Assembly: GCA_044892525.1 (NCBI GenBank)
Contig: CM097887.1
Coordinates: forward strand, 101,720,397 to 101,784,396
Length of the DNA: 64,000 nucleotides
Direction: 5' to 3'
From: Schmidtea polychroa
Taxonomy: Eukaryota
Shown here: positions 12,755 through 26,861 of the stretch, in pieces
How positions within the stretch are numbered: the first letter of the stretch is position 1
How the letters are laid out: each line of letters starts with the position of its first letter
Notes under the pieces: model-generated
Database searches by the model: none
Told to the model about the DNA's origin: nothing
Seen by the model: only the letters and a program-made list of their open reading frames with translations
Translations under genes and position numbers: made by a program

Positions 12755-14837
12755 NNNNNNNNNNNNNNNNNNNNNNNNNNNNNNNNNNNNNNNNNNNNNN
12801 NNNNNNNNNNNNNNNNNNNNNNNNNNNNNNNNNNNNNNNNNNNNNNNNNNNNNNNNNNNNNNNNNNNNNNNNNNNNNNNNNNNNNNNNNNCACACGCAGG
12901 TATTATTATTATTATTGAAAAACCTAAAATATTTTTTTACACACACAAACACACACAACCCATTAAACTTTATTATTATTATTATTAAAATAATTTTTAC
13001 ACACTAGGTTATGGGGTAGAGAATTATTATATGTTTGCAGTATTCTGTATTTGCCTTTACATGAAATTTTCAATAAGGAGCGATAATTTTACACATACAT
13101 TCTATATACACATACCTTGTTTAACATGGGTGTATATACTCCTAGTCTATCCGACAAGATATTCTGTCCCCCTATGGGTATTGCTAGCAAGGGTACTGGT
13201 CACATTCAACATATCGCAAGGGTATATTAATTAAGGTTAGTAAATAAAACTTATCACACACACTATTTAAACGATAAAAATCAAGACAAGAGAGGACAAG
13301 GCAAAGTTTATGCATTTAGTATTGCCAGGTCTAATGAGCAGTGACCAAATATCTGTGCCTGAAAGACACGGTGGATATTTGTTCGCGTCCACAAGGGTCG
13401 TCTGTGCCTCCCCCAAGTGGGGTCAGAAGAACCTGGGCATTATAGCTTTCCGTACGGAACATTACGCCTAGCATGGGTAGTCAACTACCAGCACATTCGA
13501 AACGTATAATTTCAAAATACATGCGTCATTGGCACTATAACCAAATTAATTAATGTTTTCACTAACACAAATATATATTTACAGAGGCCTCCCACTAGTT
13601 GGATTACAACCGCCCACCACGACGATCAGCTTGTAAATATATATTAATTAAGGGATAAAGAGGACCCACCCAACCCTATTATATTTAATTTACAAATTTT
13701 TCTCACTCTTCTGTTGGTATTCTATCTCAAAATTATCATCTCCATCGGGCCATTTGGAATACATCTTGCAAATTGGACGTATTTCTTAGTCTCTGATGCG
13801 GCGTCAACTATCATTGCTAAAATTTATATTGATTTAAAAGCAATTAACTTACATTATCTAGCATTTTATCGTCACAGGCTTGATAAATTAGGCAACTGTT
13901 ATTTGTGGTATACTTTTTCAATGTCATTTCCCACCATAAAACACAGATACCTAAATATAATATATATATTTTAAAGAATTAATTCATGTCTTACATTAAT
14001 AATAATATTCTTCAGGTAGTACTTTACAATATCCAATTGCTAAAACATCGGTTTTTCCCATTTTTCTTGACATTCGTTGAAAGTTTACATAATTTAAGTC
14101 TGATAATTCATGTTGAAGGACACCCACAATCAGCTAATTCATTTAAGAAATCCAGAAAATAGCAATCTTTCACCATTTTGTCTGGTTCATTTTCTTCTAT
14201 AATTCATGTTTTAATAAGAAATTTCTAAATCCAGAACATAAGTCATTTAGTGTTTCACCATTTTATCTGGTTCATCTTCTTCATAATTATATAATTCATT
14301 TTCTTCATTACTAAGTAAAATAATTAAAATATTGTAGTAAATTCTTTATTTACTTACTTTATGGATACTAAAACGAAAGAAATAAAGTTATATCAAAAGT
14401 ATATTTAAATAATTTAAATTTAAATAATTTAAATTTAGTTATTTAAAAATATTTAAACAATTTAGTTATTTAAGCATATTTAAACATTAACATTATTATA
14501 TAGTATAATTTTATGTATTCTAAATTTATTAATAAATATAGTATAATTTTATATAATTTTATGTACACTTATATATCCTTTATTTAATTTTTTAAATTCA
14601 AATATTTATAATGAAGATTCTTTGAATTAAAAAAAAAATATTCTGTTAGTATTTCCAGGCAGAAAACAACGAATTCAATAATTAAAATCTTAATTTTCAT
14701 GTTGTTAGGGTTGTGGCCAGAATTTAATCGCCATCTAATCGTTTGTCCTCAATTTCGCTCATTTTTGTTCAAAACATTCAGGTGAGTTGTTATCTGGAAA
14801 GTTTCTTTGAGCTCAGTTTTGTTAAAACACTCACGGT

Positions 14838-17800
14838 ATTTTTGAGGGACGTGACACTGGAAATAAATTAACAATGGGTGGTCATCCATACATGTTGGTG
14901 GTCTGAGCGGTCGATTTATTTAGAAATAGGTATAGTAAAAACATTTACGGTATCATTCAGTAAAATATTATAGTATTTTTGAGTATGTTTTAGTTAATTT
15001 ATAAATAACAATATTTTGATATATCAATAAAGACCATATACTCCGAGTTTATCCGGCAAGATATTCTGTCCCCCTATGGGTAATGGTAGCAAGGGTACTG
15101 GTCACACTCAACATGTCGCAATATTAATCATTTAGAAATTCTTAGGTAAGATAATCAGAAATTTGTGAATATTTTAAATGTAACTTTACACTTATGTCGA
15201 GCGACTAATTTATTGGTTAACTTTTTAGACATTTAAAGCAAAAGGTAATTTATTCATCTAATGTTCGTTACAATAGTTAATAATATGAGAAAAACATGGT
15301 CTTTATTCATTGATAATTTTAAATTCTTTATCATTTGGAGTAAATTTGTTTGAGGCAAAAATAATTAAAGGAGTCATAATAGAAATATGGTTATCATTTA
15401 TCCAATTAAGGAAATTATTAGTTAGAAATATATATTATAAAGTAACAATTATTTTCTAATTTAATTAGATGATCATTAGACGTAATATATCTTTGCGAGA
15501 AATTTAAGATGCTTGAGTAAACAAAACATGGATATTTTGTGCGATAAATTTATGAATATTGGTTAATTTTGTTATTTTTAGTCATTTAAAATAATATTTA
15601 GCAAAGGTAATTTAGCAAAATATCATTGAAAGATTTATCCATCCGATAATAATATTCCTTCAATAGATTTTACCTTTAATATTCAACCGATTTAATTTCT
15701 AGAAATCTAATTAAAATCATAAAATTCCTTCAATAAAGATCAATTTTCTTTAGCCGTTGTCGATTTCCCACAATGAATAAAATAACTTCTTAAGTAAATA
15801 ATTTAAAGCAATAACCTTTGATATCAATCCCAATTAATTCTAAAGATTTCAAATATTTCATTGTGAAAACCAAGTAAATTGATCATTAACCCTAAACGAC
15901 TTAATAAAACAGTGGATAATTAATAAACAAAAAACTGGTTCTAAAACATAAATCTAAATTACTGTGCAATAACATTCATCACAACCTAATAAACCTCTAA
16001 AACGATATAATTTCACAGGAACTATTATTAATTCATAGCTAAATACTGACTATTTCCCTTTAAAATTTACCAATAAGAACATTGTCGATTTAAATAGAGA
16101 TTTCAAACATTTCCACCAAATATTTCTATCATTTTAAACACCTTAAAAAACATCTATTACCATCTTAACCAACCGACTTTAATATATCAGACCTTTAATA
16201 TATCAATTCTCTTAAAATCCATAGAAAATTCTTCAAAATATGAATTTTATTTATTTGTTACAGACATCCTTCCATTGAAATAATTTAGTATCTAAATTCA
16301 TGTAGTAAGAGCCCATTAAAAAAATCAAAATTTACTAAAATCAATATTTTCTACAAATATTTCACCACATTTACCATCAAATACCTAACTAGAAATGAAA
16401 TATATCGATTGATCATAATTCTTCATCGATTCAGCTAATTATATAGCAATTATAACGTGATATATCTTTCAAAATCAAAACTTTCAGTATATTTTACAAT
16501 AATTTTTACAAAAATTAAATAATAATAACTTGATTATTGTAAAAACTCTAATTATTAACCTAACTGTCATTAAAAATATTATTATTTAAAAGTAAATTTA
16601 AAAACAAGTCAATAAAATATAGCAAATTATCAAGAAATTAATTAAATTTGTCTTAGAATTAACACTAAAACGTTAAATTTCAAAATATTCTTTCAATTAT
16701 TCACAAAAAGGTTAGTAATAATGTTAGTAAAATCCCGCTAACTCTAAAAATTACCAACGAATTTAATGCTAAATAATAACCAAAAATTTGCCTAAATAAA
16801 ACACACCAGTACCTTTACGACCAGTACCCTTACGAGCAGTACCAATTGTGAACAGTACCCATAGAGGGAGAAAATATCTTGTCGGATAAACTCAGAGTAT
16901 ATATAGTAAAACGAATTAACAATAACTCCATCAAATTGAATCAGTCAAATTAACACAAATTTTGATAAAAAATCTTATTCTAAAATGATAAGAAGCGTAA
17001 AGTCGAAAGATAATTTTAATAACACCGAGATAAATTAACAATATTATTCTCAGGTGGTAAGAATCTTCATTAAAGTTAGGAAATTATTTATTATTCTGTG
17101 ATAAATTAATAATAAACTTCAAAGGGGTTAAAATAAGTGTTAGAATAATTCATTATTGGATTATGGAAGGTTAATGAAAATATACTGAGAAGTGGCATGG
17201 ATATATATTAATTGTATTTATTTAAAATTATTTCATAAAATTCATAAATTTCATAAAAATTCATAAAAAACGTTCACTTTAATAAAAAAATATTTAATAC
17301 AATTTTAAAAGAAATATTTGCCGGGAGAATATAAATGATAATAATTAGTAAGAAATCGAGAGTCGGCGGCTATAAGTGATGAGGATATATAAAATTATTT
17401 CTATTATATGAGCTACTAACGAATTAAAATATTTTAATAATGTGATAAACTTTTATTTAATAAAGTATTTAATCCCCAAATGATTATTTTATTACATAAG
17501 AAACCGTGAATTGTATTTGACAGAGTAATTATGATAAATTCATATTTTAAATTATTCTTTAAGTCCTTTAATATTAACAATTTATTATTAAATTTACTAT
17601 TTTACACTAATTATTTCATTTTCAAAAACAAATATTCCAAAAGATAATTTAAGATACATTACTCTTTTTAATGAAAATGAGCACTGAAAGTTAAAAGGTA
17701 CACTCGAAAACTCACTCAAATATAACCGAAAGTTATAAAACAACAAAACTAAATTCGTTTAAATATTTTATAGCAATTGGTTGTTCTTATAATTTCCTAA

Positions 17801-20061
17801 CTTTAATGAAGATTCTTACCACCTGAGAATAATATTGTTAATTTATCTCGGTGTTATTAAAATTATCTTTCGACTTTACGCTTCTTACCATTTTAGAATA
17901 AGATTTTTTATCAAAATTTGTGTTAATTTGACTGATTCAATTTGATGGAGTTATTGTTAATTCGTTTTATTATATATACTCTGAGTTTATCCGACAAGAT
18001 ATTTTCTCCCTCTATGGGTACTGTTCACAATTGGTACTGCTCGTAAGGGTACTGGTCGTAAAGGTACTGGTGTGTTTTATTTAGGCAAATTTTTGGTTAT
18101 TATTTAGCATTAAATTCGTTGGTAATTTTTAGAGTTAGCGGGATTTTACTAACATTATTACTAACCTTTTTGTGAATAATTGAAAGAATATTTTGAAATT
18201 TAACGTTTTAGTGTTAATTCTAAGACAAATTTAATTAATTTCTTGATAATTTGCTATATTTTATTGACTTGTTTTTAAATTTACTTTTAAATAATAATAT
18301 TTTTAATGACAGTTAGGTTAATAATTAGAGTTTTTACAATAATCAAGTTATTATTATTTAATTTTTGTAAAAATTATTGTAAAATATACTGAAATTTGTG
18401 ATTTTGATAGATATATCACGTTATAATTGATGAAGAATTATGATCAATCGATATATTTCATTTCTAGTTAGGTATTTGATGGTAAATGTGGTGAAATATT
18501 TGTAGAAAATATTGATTTTAGTAAATTTTGATTTTTTTAATGGGCTCTTACTACATGAATTTAGATACTAAATTATTTCAATGAAAGGATGTCTGTAACA
18601 AATAAATAAAATTCATATTTTGAAGAATTTTCTATGGATTTTAAGAGAATTGATATATTAAAGGTCTGATATATTAAAGTCGGTTGGTTAAGATGGTAAT
18701 AGATGTTTTTTAAGGTGTTTAAAATGATAGAAATATTTGGTGGAAATGTTTGAAATCTCTATTTAAATCGACAATGTTCTTATTGGTAAATTTTAAAGGG
18801 AAATAGTCAGTATTTAGCTATGAATTAATAATAGTTCCTGTGAAATTATATCGTTTTAGAGGTTTATTAGGTTGTGATGAATGTTATTGCACAGTAATTT
18901 AGATTTATGTTTTAGAACCAGTTTTTTGTTTATTAATTATCCACTGGTTTATTAAGTCGTTTAGGGTTAATGATCAATTTACTTGGTTTTCACAATGAAA
19001 TATTTGAAATCTTTAGAATTAATTGGGATTGATATCAAAGGTTATTGCTTTAAATTATTTACTTAAGAAGTTATTTTATTCATTGTGGGGACATCAGTGA
19101 CAAAACTTGAGAAATATTGACTTAAAAGTTGGAAATCGACAACGGCTAAAGAAAATTGATCTTTATTGAAGGAATTTTATGATTTTAATTAGATTTCTAG
19201 AAATTAAATCGGTTGAATATTAAAGGTAAAATCTATTGAAGGAATATTATTATCGGATGGATAAATCTTTCAATGATATTTTGCTAAATTACCTTTGCTA
19301 AATATTATTTTAAATGACTAAAAATAACAAAATTAACCAATATTCATAAATTTATCGCACAAAATATCCATGTTTTGTTTACTCAAGCATCTTAAATTTC
19401 TCGCAAAGATATATTACGTCTAATGATCATCTAATTAAATTAGAAAATAATTGTTACTTTATAATATATATTTCTAACTAATAATTTCCTTAATTGGATA
19501 AATGATAACCATATTTCTATTATGACTCCTTTAATTATTTTTGCCTCAAACAAATTTACTCCAAATGATAAAGAATTTAAAATTATCAATGAATAAAGAC
19601 CATGTTTTTCTCATATTATTAACTATTGTAACGAACATTAGATGAATAAATTACCTTTTGCTTTAAATGTCTAAAAAGTTAACCAATAAATTAGTCGCTC
19701 GACATAAGTGTAAAGTTACATTTAAAATATTCACAAATTTCTGATTATCTTACCTAAGAATTTCTAAATGATTAATATTGCGACATGTTGAGTGTGACCA
19801 GTACCCTTGCTACCATTACCCATAGGGGGACAGAATATCTTGCCGGATAAACTCGGAGTATATGGTCTTTATTGATATATCAAAATATTGTTATTTATAA
19901 ATTAACTAAAACATACTCAAAAATACTATAATATTTTACTTAATGATACCGTAAATGTTTTTACTATACCTATTTCTAAATAAATCGACCGCTCAGACCA
20001 CCAACATGTATGGATGACCACCCATTGTTAATTTATTTCCAGTGTCACGTCCCTCAAAAAT
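14838..20061. repeat. Large inverted duplication: arms 14838-17087 and 17789-20061, ~700 bp spacer
   Basis: Arms are reverse complements along their length (e.g. ATTTTTGAGGGACGTGACACTGG at 14838 and its complement ending at 20061). They differ by a 20-nt indel (~16418), a ~43-nt indel (~19089) and scattered substitutions. Confidence 0.95.
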
Positions 20062-20317
20062 TAATTTTTCATTTCTTAAACAATTTTGGACTTTGAAGAA
20101 TTTTCACAAGTCATTTTAATGAAAATGAAAAAACTAAATTATTGCAGATGCTGAATTATTTCAGTCACTCTTTATGAAGATTTTAAAATATTCATTTTAA
20201 AAATTTTGAAAATATTAATTTTAAAGCTTTTTCTAAGTGTTATAGAATTTGTGATATGCTTAATTTTTTATTTGTGACGCTTCTTGATATATGTCATGAT
20301 TTTGTATATCGCATTAC

Positions 20318-23043
20318 CAGTGCCGGATTAACCATATTGCAAATGTTTCAATTGAAACGGGCCCACTCGTAACTTAACAAGTTAAGGAACCTACTATGAA
20401 ATTAATAAATTTACCATATTTGTCGGCTAAAATAAAATAGAACAAAAACATATGGTTCTTATTATTTTATGTAAGATGATATACTTTCTTTTAACCGCAT
20501 TCATTCATGCTTTCCTAGATTAGAGATTTTTTTACATATTTTGAGTGGCCGTTGGAGGGTCTATAAGACTAAAATTCGAATATAAGTTAAATATGACCGT
20601 TACACAAAATTACATAATAGTATATTATAATTATTTTTAAAAACATTAATATCAATAATATTATTATTAACACTAATATTAACAATAATTGACATTTACT
20701 ATTAAACCATGAAAAAATTTAAATCTGGCGCACAAAATATCATCCAACCCGAATCAATCGTAAATACGCTAACTTTTTTTGACACTGCTAAACATGATAT
20801 TATTTCTGTGACTGATTCAGCCTTGTGGATGTACTGGATATTAATCTTGTGAATTATTGGCTCCACGCTGGGCCCAATGCGTGTGCAAACCGCGATGGAG
20901 TTTATGCAAATTCGTTAAGGAAATATGCCAATTGTAACAGAAAACTGAACGATTCAGTTTTTATTCACAATCTCACAATGGAGAAAAAAATCAAAGGCAT
21001 TGGCTTTTGTATTCACCATCATCTGGATGCATTTTTTGTTTTGTATGTAAACTTTTTTCGATAAACAGATCGTCTGCTCTTGCGACTACGTGATTTGACA
21101 GCTGGAGTACCATAAATCGACTTGAACAACACGAAAAATGAGCTTATCACAGATACGCTCTAACCACTTATGCAACGCGTATATCCAATGTTCAGACTTT
21201 GGACAAATTAATTTGGGAGCACGATGATAAGCAAAAAAATTATTGGAGAGAAGTCTTAAAGAGAGTTGTTTCAACAATAAAATTCCTCACATCGCGTGGA
21301 TTATCACTCAGAGGATCTTCAGAAACCTTTGGAAGTGCAGATAATGGACACTTTTTGGGTTGTTTGGAGTACTTAGCCAAATATGATTAATTTATTGCGG
21401 GACATATTGACACATATGGAAATGCTGGACGTGGCATCACATCATACCTATCATCCACCACTTATGAAGAATTTGTGGGTCTAATGGCCAGAAAAGTCAC
21501 CAAAGCTAATGGCCAACCTGTTGAATGCTTTCTAAAATTTGTTCAAATTTCGTCACACACCGGTCTGCATCTCTTTGATACAATTGCTGAAACTTTTCGC
21601 GATCATGATATTGATTTAAATGACTGCAGAGGTCAGACATACGACAATGCCAGCAATATGTCTGGACAATATTCTGGTGTACAGGCACGTATAATTGAAA
21701 TCATAAAAGCGGCATCCTATATTCTTTGTATGACACACTCACTGAATCTGTCTGGGGTTGCAACTGTTGACGCTTGCACTGAGGCAGTTGCATTTTTCGG
21801 ATTTGTTCTGAAAATTTATGTTTTCTTGTCTGATTCGACATATAGATGGAGTCTTGTCAAAGATGTTGTCAGCCGAAAGGTAATCGGAACGGATAAGTCA
21901 AAGTCTGCACTACTTCCAAAACGGTTGAGTGACACGCGGTGGTCTGCTCATGCTGTTGCACTACGAAGTATGTATCAGCACTATAAAACCTACCAATCTG
22001 TTTTTCAAGAAATTGGCAGCAACAGTTTGCAAAAGAAAGAAACGAGATCAGAAGCAACAAATTTAGCGAATGTCATGGATAAGTTGGAAACAGTGTTCTT
22101 GGTGTGTTTTTGGAATACCATTCTGGAACGCATAAATGATATAAGCCAGCTGTTGCAATCAGAAAAAATGGATCTGTGCACTGCAGTAAGACTACTGAAG
22201 TCATTATCGGAATTTCTAGCATCTCAGAGGAATACGTTTGAATTTTATCGAAATAGCGCGGCAGAATTGTGCTCTGAAAAGAAATTCAAAACAAGACGCG
22301 AATGTCAACCAAAACGCAGAGCGGACGATAGCAAAGAGTCAGCTGTTGTTTTAACGGGTGAAGAGAAGTTCAAAGTTGATACCTATTATGTTATAATTGA
22401 TTCACTTGTTACCGATCTTAACCGTAGAATTGCAGCACATAAAGCAATCGACGATCGTTGTTATTTTTTATATGCGGATGATGAAAACAGCACTGCAACA
22501 AGGGAATCTTTGAAATTGTTTGTGGAATTCTACTCTGATGATGTCATTGATGAACTCTGCGATGAGTGGATTCAGTGGAGAACTTTTCTAAAAGAAATGC
22601 GATCATTACCGACAAAGAAAACACCACTTGAAATGTTGAAACTTTTGAATGAATTGAATCTTCAGACAGGATTTGCAAATGTATATGTCCTTTGCGCATC
22701 TATCTAACGTTGCCGGTTTCTAACTGCAGTTTCTAACTGCAGTCATCTCAAACGCATTAAAGATGCTGTGAGATCAACCCTGACTCAAGAAAGATTAAGC
22801 TGATGGATATTGAATACGAAATCGTCCAAAGCCTTGACTTTCAGGATATCATTGACTCTTTCTCAGCAATTAAGTCGCGTCGTCGAGATTTTTAACATTA
22901 TGCACAACATATGACGGGTAAGTGTAGTCTAGTATGCGCCACAATTGAATGTTAATTAAAATTGAATTATATGTTTCTGCAAGCATCTAAAGGGCCTACA
23001 CTATAGTTCTGAAACAGACCTACAAACGTTTAATCCGGCTCTG
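20318..23043 (+). mobile_element. hAT transposon (ZMYM1/DUF4371-like transposase), full-length ends, disrupted ORF
   Basis: TIRs CAGTGCCGGATTAA / TTAATCCGGCTCTG; TSD CGCATTAC at 20310-20317 and 23044-23051. Motifs RGLSLRG, GQTYDNASNMSG, CMTHSLNL, DTRWS and a C-terminal dimerisation region, spread over several ORFs by stops and frameshifts. Confidence 0.93.
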
Positions 23044-26000
23044 CGCATTACTTGTAATGGGTTTAATCTTACATAAATTGGAGATAATGCCAGTCATGAG
23101 AGCGCATCCGATTAAGTGAAAACAGTAGTATATTTGAATAGAATAAGAGAAGCAAATTGACGATAGTCAAAGAATATTGGGAACGTATTACCAATGAGAC
23201 TTTGATGATAAATCAGTTACCGCTAAAATAAATATTCTAAAGCAATCTCCAAGCTTAACTTGTGTGTTTAAAAGTAAACAAAAAGAAAAATTTCTATGTT
23301 TGAATAATGTTAAAAATATTTTAAAAATTATTTAAAATTATGTGTATTATATTTAAAAAAAATAAAAATTTATAATTTGTAAAATTTGAATTTATTTCAT
23401 TATACTAAAAATATATAAATATAAAAGAATATTTCGAGTAGTACTTCGATGCATTTTGTTTAAATTTTTAAGGCATTTTTCATATTATTAAATTATATTT
23501 TGATTAATATTTATGTGAATTCAACCATTTTTCAAAATACTATGTTGAAGTAGTAGTATTATTGCACAAAAAAATTATAAGTGTAGACATCTATGGGCCA
23601 GGAATATATGACATTTGACTCATTACAAAAGTAGAAACGCCGATTTTCAAATCCTCAAAATTTGTAATGAGGGATCAAACTAAATGGTTTTCGTAAACAC
23701 AGTTCGCTTCATTTACTATTGTGAACAAGGCTTATTGAAAATCGTGTTACACTTTTATTGTATTTGTTGACATATGAGAAACTTGTTGAGAAACTTTCAA
23801 TAGGAACATGAATTGCATTGATGTTGTATCGACATATAAAAAATTAATTTGAATCTTGAACTTTGTATTATTATGTATCTTTGTTAGTGACCAACTGTTA
23901 AATAACAGAGCTATGAAATGTCATGGAAGCCTATGATCCCAAGGTCCGTAAGTTCTAACAACCAATCGTTTGTGCACATTACCAACATTGTTTAATAATG
24001 GGTACAAGCTCAAAGTTATGTGACAACAACGAGTAAACACAGTGGATGTAGAGATACCGTTTAAGACTCTGGGTGGTTAACAGAAGGTGCACACTTCATA
24101 TCATAATTTTCGAAATTTGAAATTTGAAAAATATTAAATATTGTTTATAGAGGATTTGTTAATTTACCCTTATCCAAAGATTTATTTGATTGAAGTGTTA
24201 ACTTAGGGTTATGTTAGTTAATAAGTGCTGTGTGTAGTCAGATTAAAGCTCTTATATTGTCCAAATATACAAACTCGGAGTATAAAAATGAAAGTTAAAT
24301 AAAATCATTAGAAAACCAGAACACCGACGTTAAATAAATAAAAGTAACTTTCATACTTTGAGCTAATTATTCAAATAGTAAACGGTTTGGACTTTTGGTA
24401 ATTATAAAGACTTAATAATCAAAGTTTTTAATTGTTTGATGTAAGTATGAATGTGTGTGTTGTTACATGTATGAACTTTTGATAAATCAAGTCATATGTT
24501 TCATAATCCTGATTGTGTAATAGTCTTTTATATTATAAATTATAATATATAAAGTTATAATATGGTTGCATATGGCTATATCGATAGTAAGGAAGCTAGA
24601 TTACTTTTGTTTCGGAATAAAGTTCAATGACGAAGCCATGGAAACCAAAACTAATTATCAGCCCGGAACAAAAAATCATTTTAAAATTCTCAACTATTTT
24701 CACAATTACTGTTATTTAAAATAAAAACAAAGCTATTAAGTTCTATTTCATAGCTACTTAATAATTCGTATTAATATCTAACTTTTAACCCATTTTTCGG
24801 AAAGGATTTTGTATTTTTTGAAAATTCGGTAGCGTCCTCCCATGTTTACGGTTTTAGTTATTCATATTATTATTACTTTCCTAGAAGTCATCAACATAAA
24901 TCCTAATTTATCTCAGTTGATTTTATACTATCTGAAATATGTCAGAGCCTCAGGTGTCTTCATTAACCAACTTAAAATTTGCACGAAGACCAGTGGACGG
25001 CAAACCGGACCCTTATTCCTACAATCGATCCTGCAATGAGTCAATCAGATGACCTTTTCCAACCTCAAAGCCGTTCATCGTTCCAACTTCTTCTCAAATA
25101 TTTTGGGTTGCTAGAGCAAATATTTGAATCTAGACAAATCAGTAATGAAAAAAGAAAGTAAAGAAAACAAATTGAGCATTAAAATTTATTACATACAAAT
25201 GATTACCATTCAATTACTATAAAATTACAGTGGCTCATATATAACGAATTATTTAATAGTTTTAAATAACTAAATAATTAATTTCTTTTAATTTTATATT
25301 ATTTATCTAATCATTTTACAATTTAATGGCAATTTTTACATAATTTCCATATGAATAGTTTTTATCATTTTTCATATTGGATTTTGTCATTTTGTCATAG
25401 TTTATTCGTGTGTAAATACAAGTTAATAACTTTTGTAATTAATTTGATTATGACTCTTCTTCTGCAAACACGACAAATATTCATTCTAAATTTTGGATAT
25501 TAGAAAGAATTATCATATTCTATTCATTTTCTTTTTAACTTCCAAGATTCTTGATTGAATTGAGTCATATCAATTATACATGTTTACTGATCTTCAATTT
25601 TATACAGTTTATCTTTGTTTTATTTGGTGTCTCTTTATATAATTTATTTCAAGTTGATGCGATTGCCTGCCTATATTTTTTCGACGAGTTACAACAAATT
25701 CTAAAATATCCAGTTCTACCACAACAAATGTTTTAATGGTTTGTTCAAATTTTAACCTATTTGAAATTATTGTAGTCCACATACGGAAATAAAAAGAATT
25801 CAAATTATTTTATTTATTATTTACAATTATTCGATAATTTTTTAATCATAATTTGATTAAAAATTTCTAATTACAGATGTTTTAATAAATGAGAATTATA
25901 CATTCAAATCATAGAACTTTAAAAATTTGAAGTGAAATATTTTTTAAGTTTTTACCAACGACATTTGATTGAAGTAACAGTGTTGGATGGTTTGTAATTT

Positions 26001-26121
26001 TCTTAAAAATGTTCATGTTAAAATATTTCATTAATAACAGAAATTTAAGTAAAATTTTGCTAAATTAAATTATATATTCATTAAATTATTTTCAAAGATT
26101 AGAGAATATCTTAATTGAAAT

Positions 26122-26739
26122 ATGGATTGTTCAAATTATTATCTACCGATGAAATGTATAAGTAGAAATTCCAAGTGGAATGATTCTAATGAAGAAGTAT
26201 TAGGAATTTTTAATATGAAAACAATATCAGAATGCAATATTAATATTGAAACCGTTGAGTGTACTGATGACATAAATTTAAATCTACTTCCTTTATATAT
26301 TGATCAATTACCGAAAGAAAAATTATTAATATTAACAACTATCATATTGTTAGAAAACAATAATTTGTTGATTATGCAAATAAAACATTTTACAAATGAC
26401 CTAAATAGAAGTTCAGAAAATTTTCCAAAATATGCTGTGAAAGATTTAACAAATATTAAACCAACTTTAAAGAAATTGGTTGATTGGCGTAGGTCGTTGG
26501 AGACAAAATTTTGTTGTGAAACTGTTACTGAATTTAATTCTAAATCAGATTTTAATTTTGCCAACATATTTAATTGTTTTGGCATTTTTAAATTCATCAG
26601 TGAAAAATCTGTAGGAAATCATCCTGTTACTATTTGCGGTTCCCACCAAAAGCGACTAAAATATTTCCATTCTGGAGTAAAGATTTATGACGAGTCAGTT
26701 AGTCCACTGAATGATAAAACGTCTGGCAAAAATCAATCG
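26122..26739 (+). CDS. CTD small phosphatase gene, predicted first coding exon (non-conserved N-terminal region)
   Basis: Long ORF with an in-frame upstream stop (26116) and a phase-0 GTATTA donor at 26740. It joins in frame via a 50-nt intron to 26790-26861 and then to the catalytic exons. The linkage is inferred from phase compatibility only. Confidence 0.55.
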
Positions 26740-26789
26740 GTATTACAAAATTTGGAACGTTATGCTTAATATCCATTACAAATTTCTAG

Positions 26790-26861
26790 AATCAGTGTCA
26801 ACAAATGAATATACATTTGGAGAAAGAGAATGAAAATCTGTTGTATGTCGCCGACAGATCT
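26790..26861 (+). CDS. CTD small phosphatase gene, predicted exon 2
   Basis: ttctag acceptor, 72 nt open (NQCQQMNIHLEKENENLLYVADRS), GTGAGT donor, phase 0-0. Confidence 0.55.

Noticed and set aside
13137-13220. The 84-bp motif as a hammerhead or other ribozyme
   Set aside because: There is no CTGANGA/GAAA core, and candidate stems (CGACA/TGTCG) are broken in the 30-kb copies.
24979-25161. ORF as the first coding exon of CTDSP
   Set aside because: The putative donor at 25158 is phase 2 and I found no compatible open acceptor; 26122 has an in-frame upstream stop. It may be 5' UTR or a uORF.
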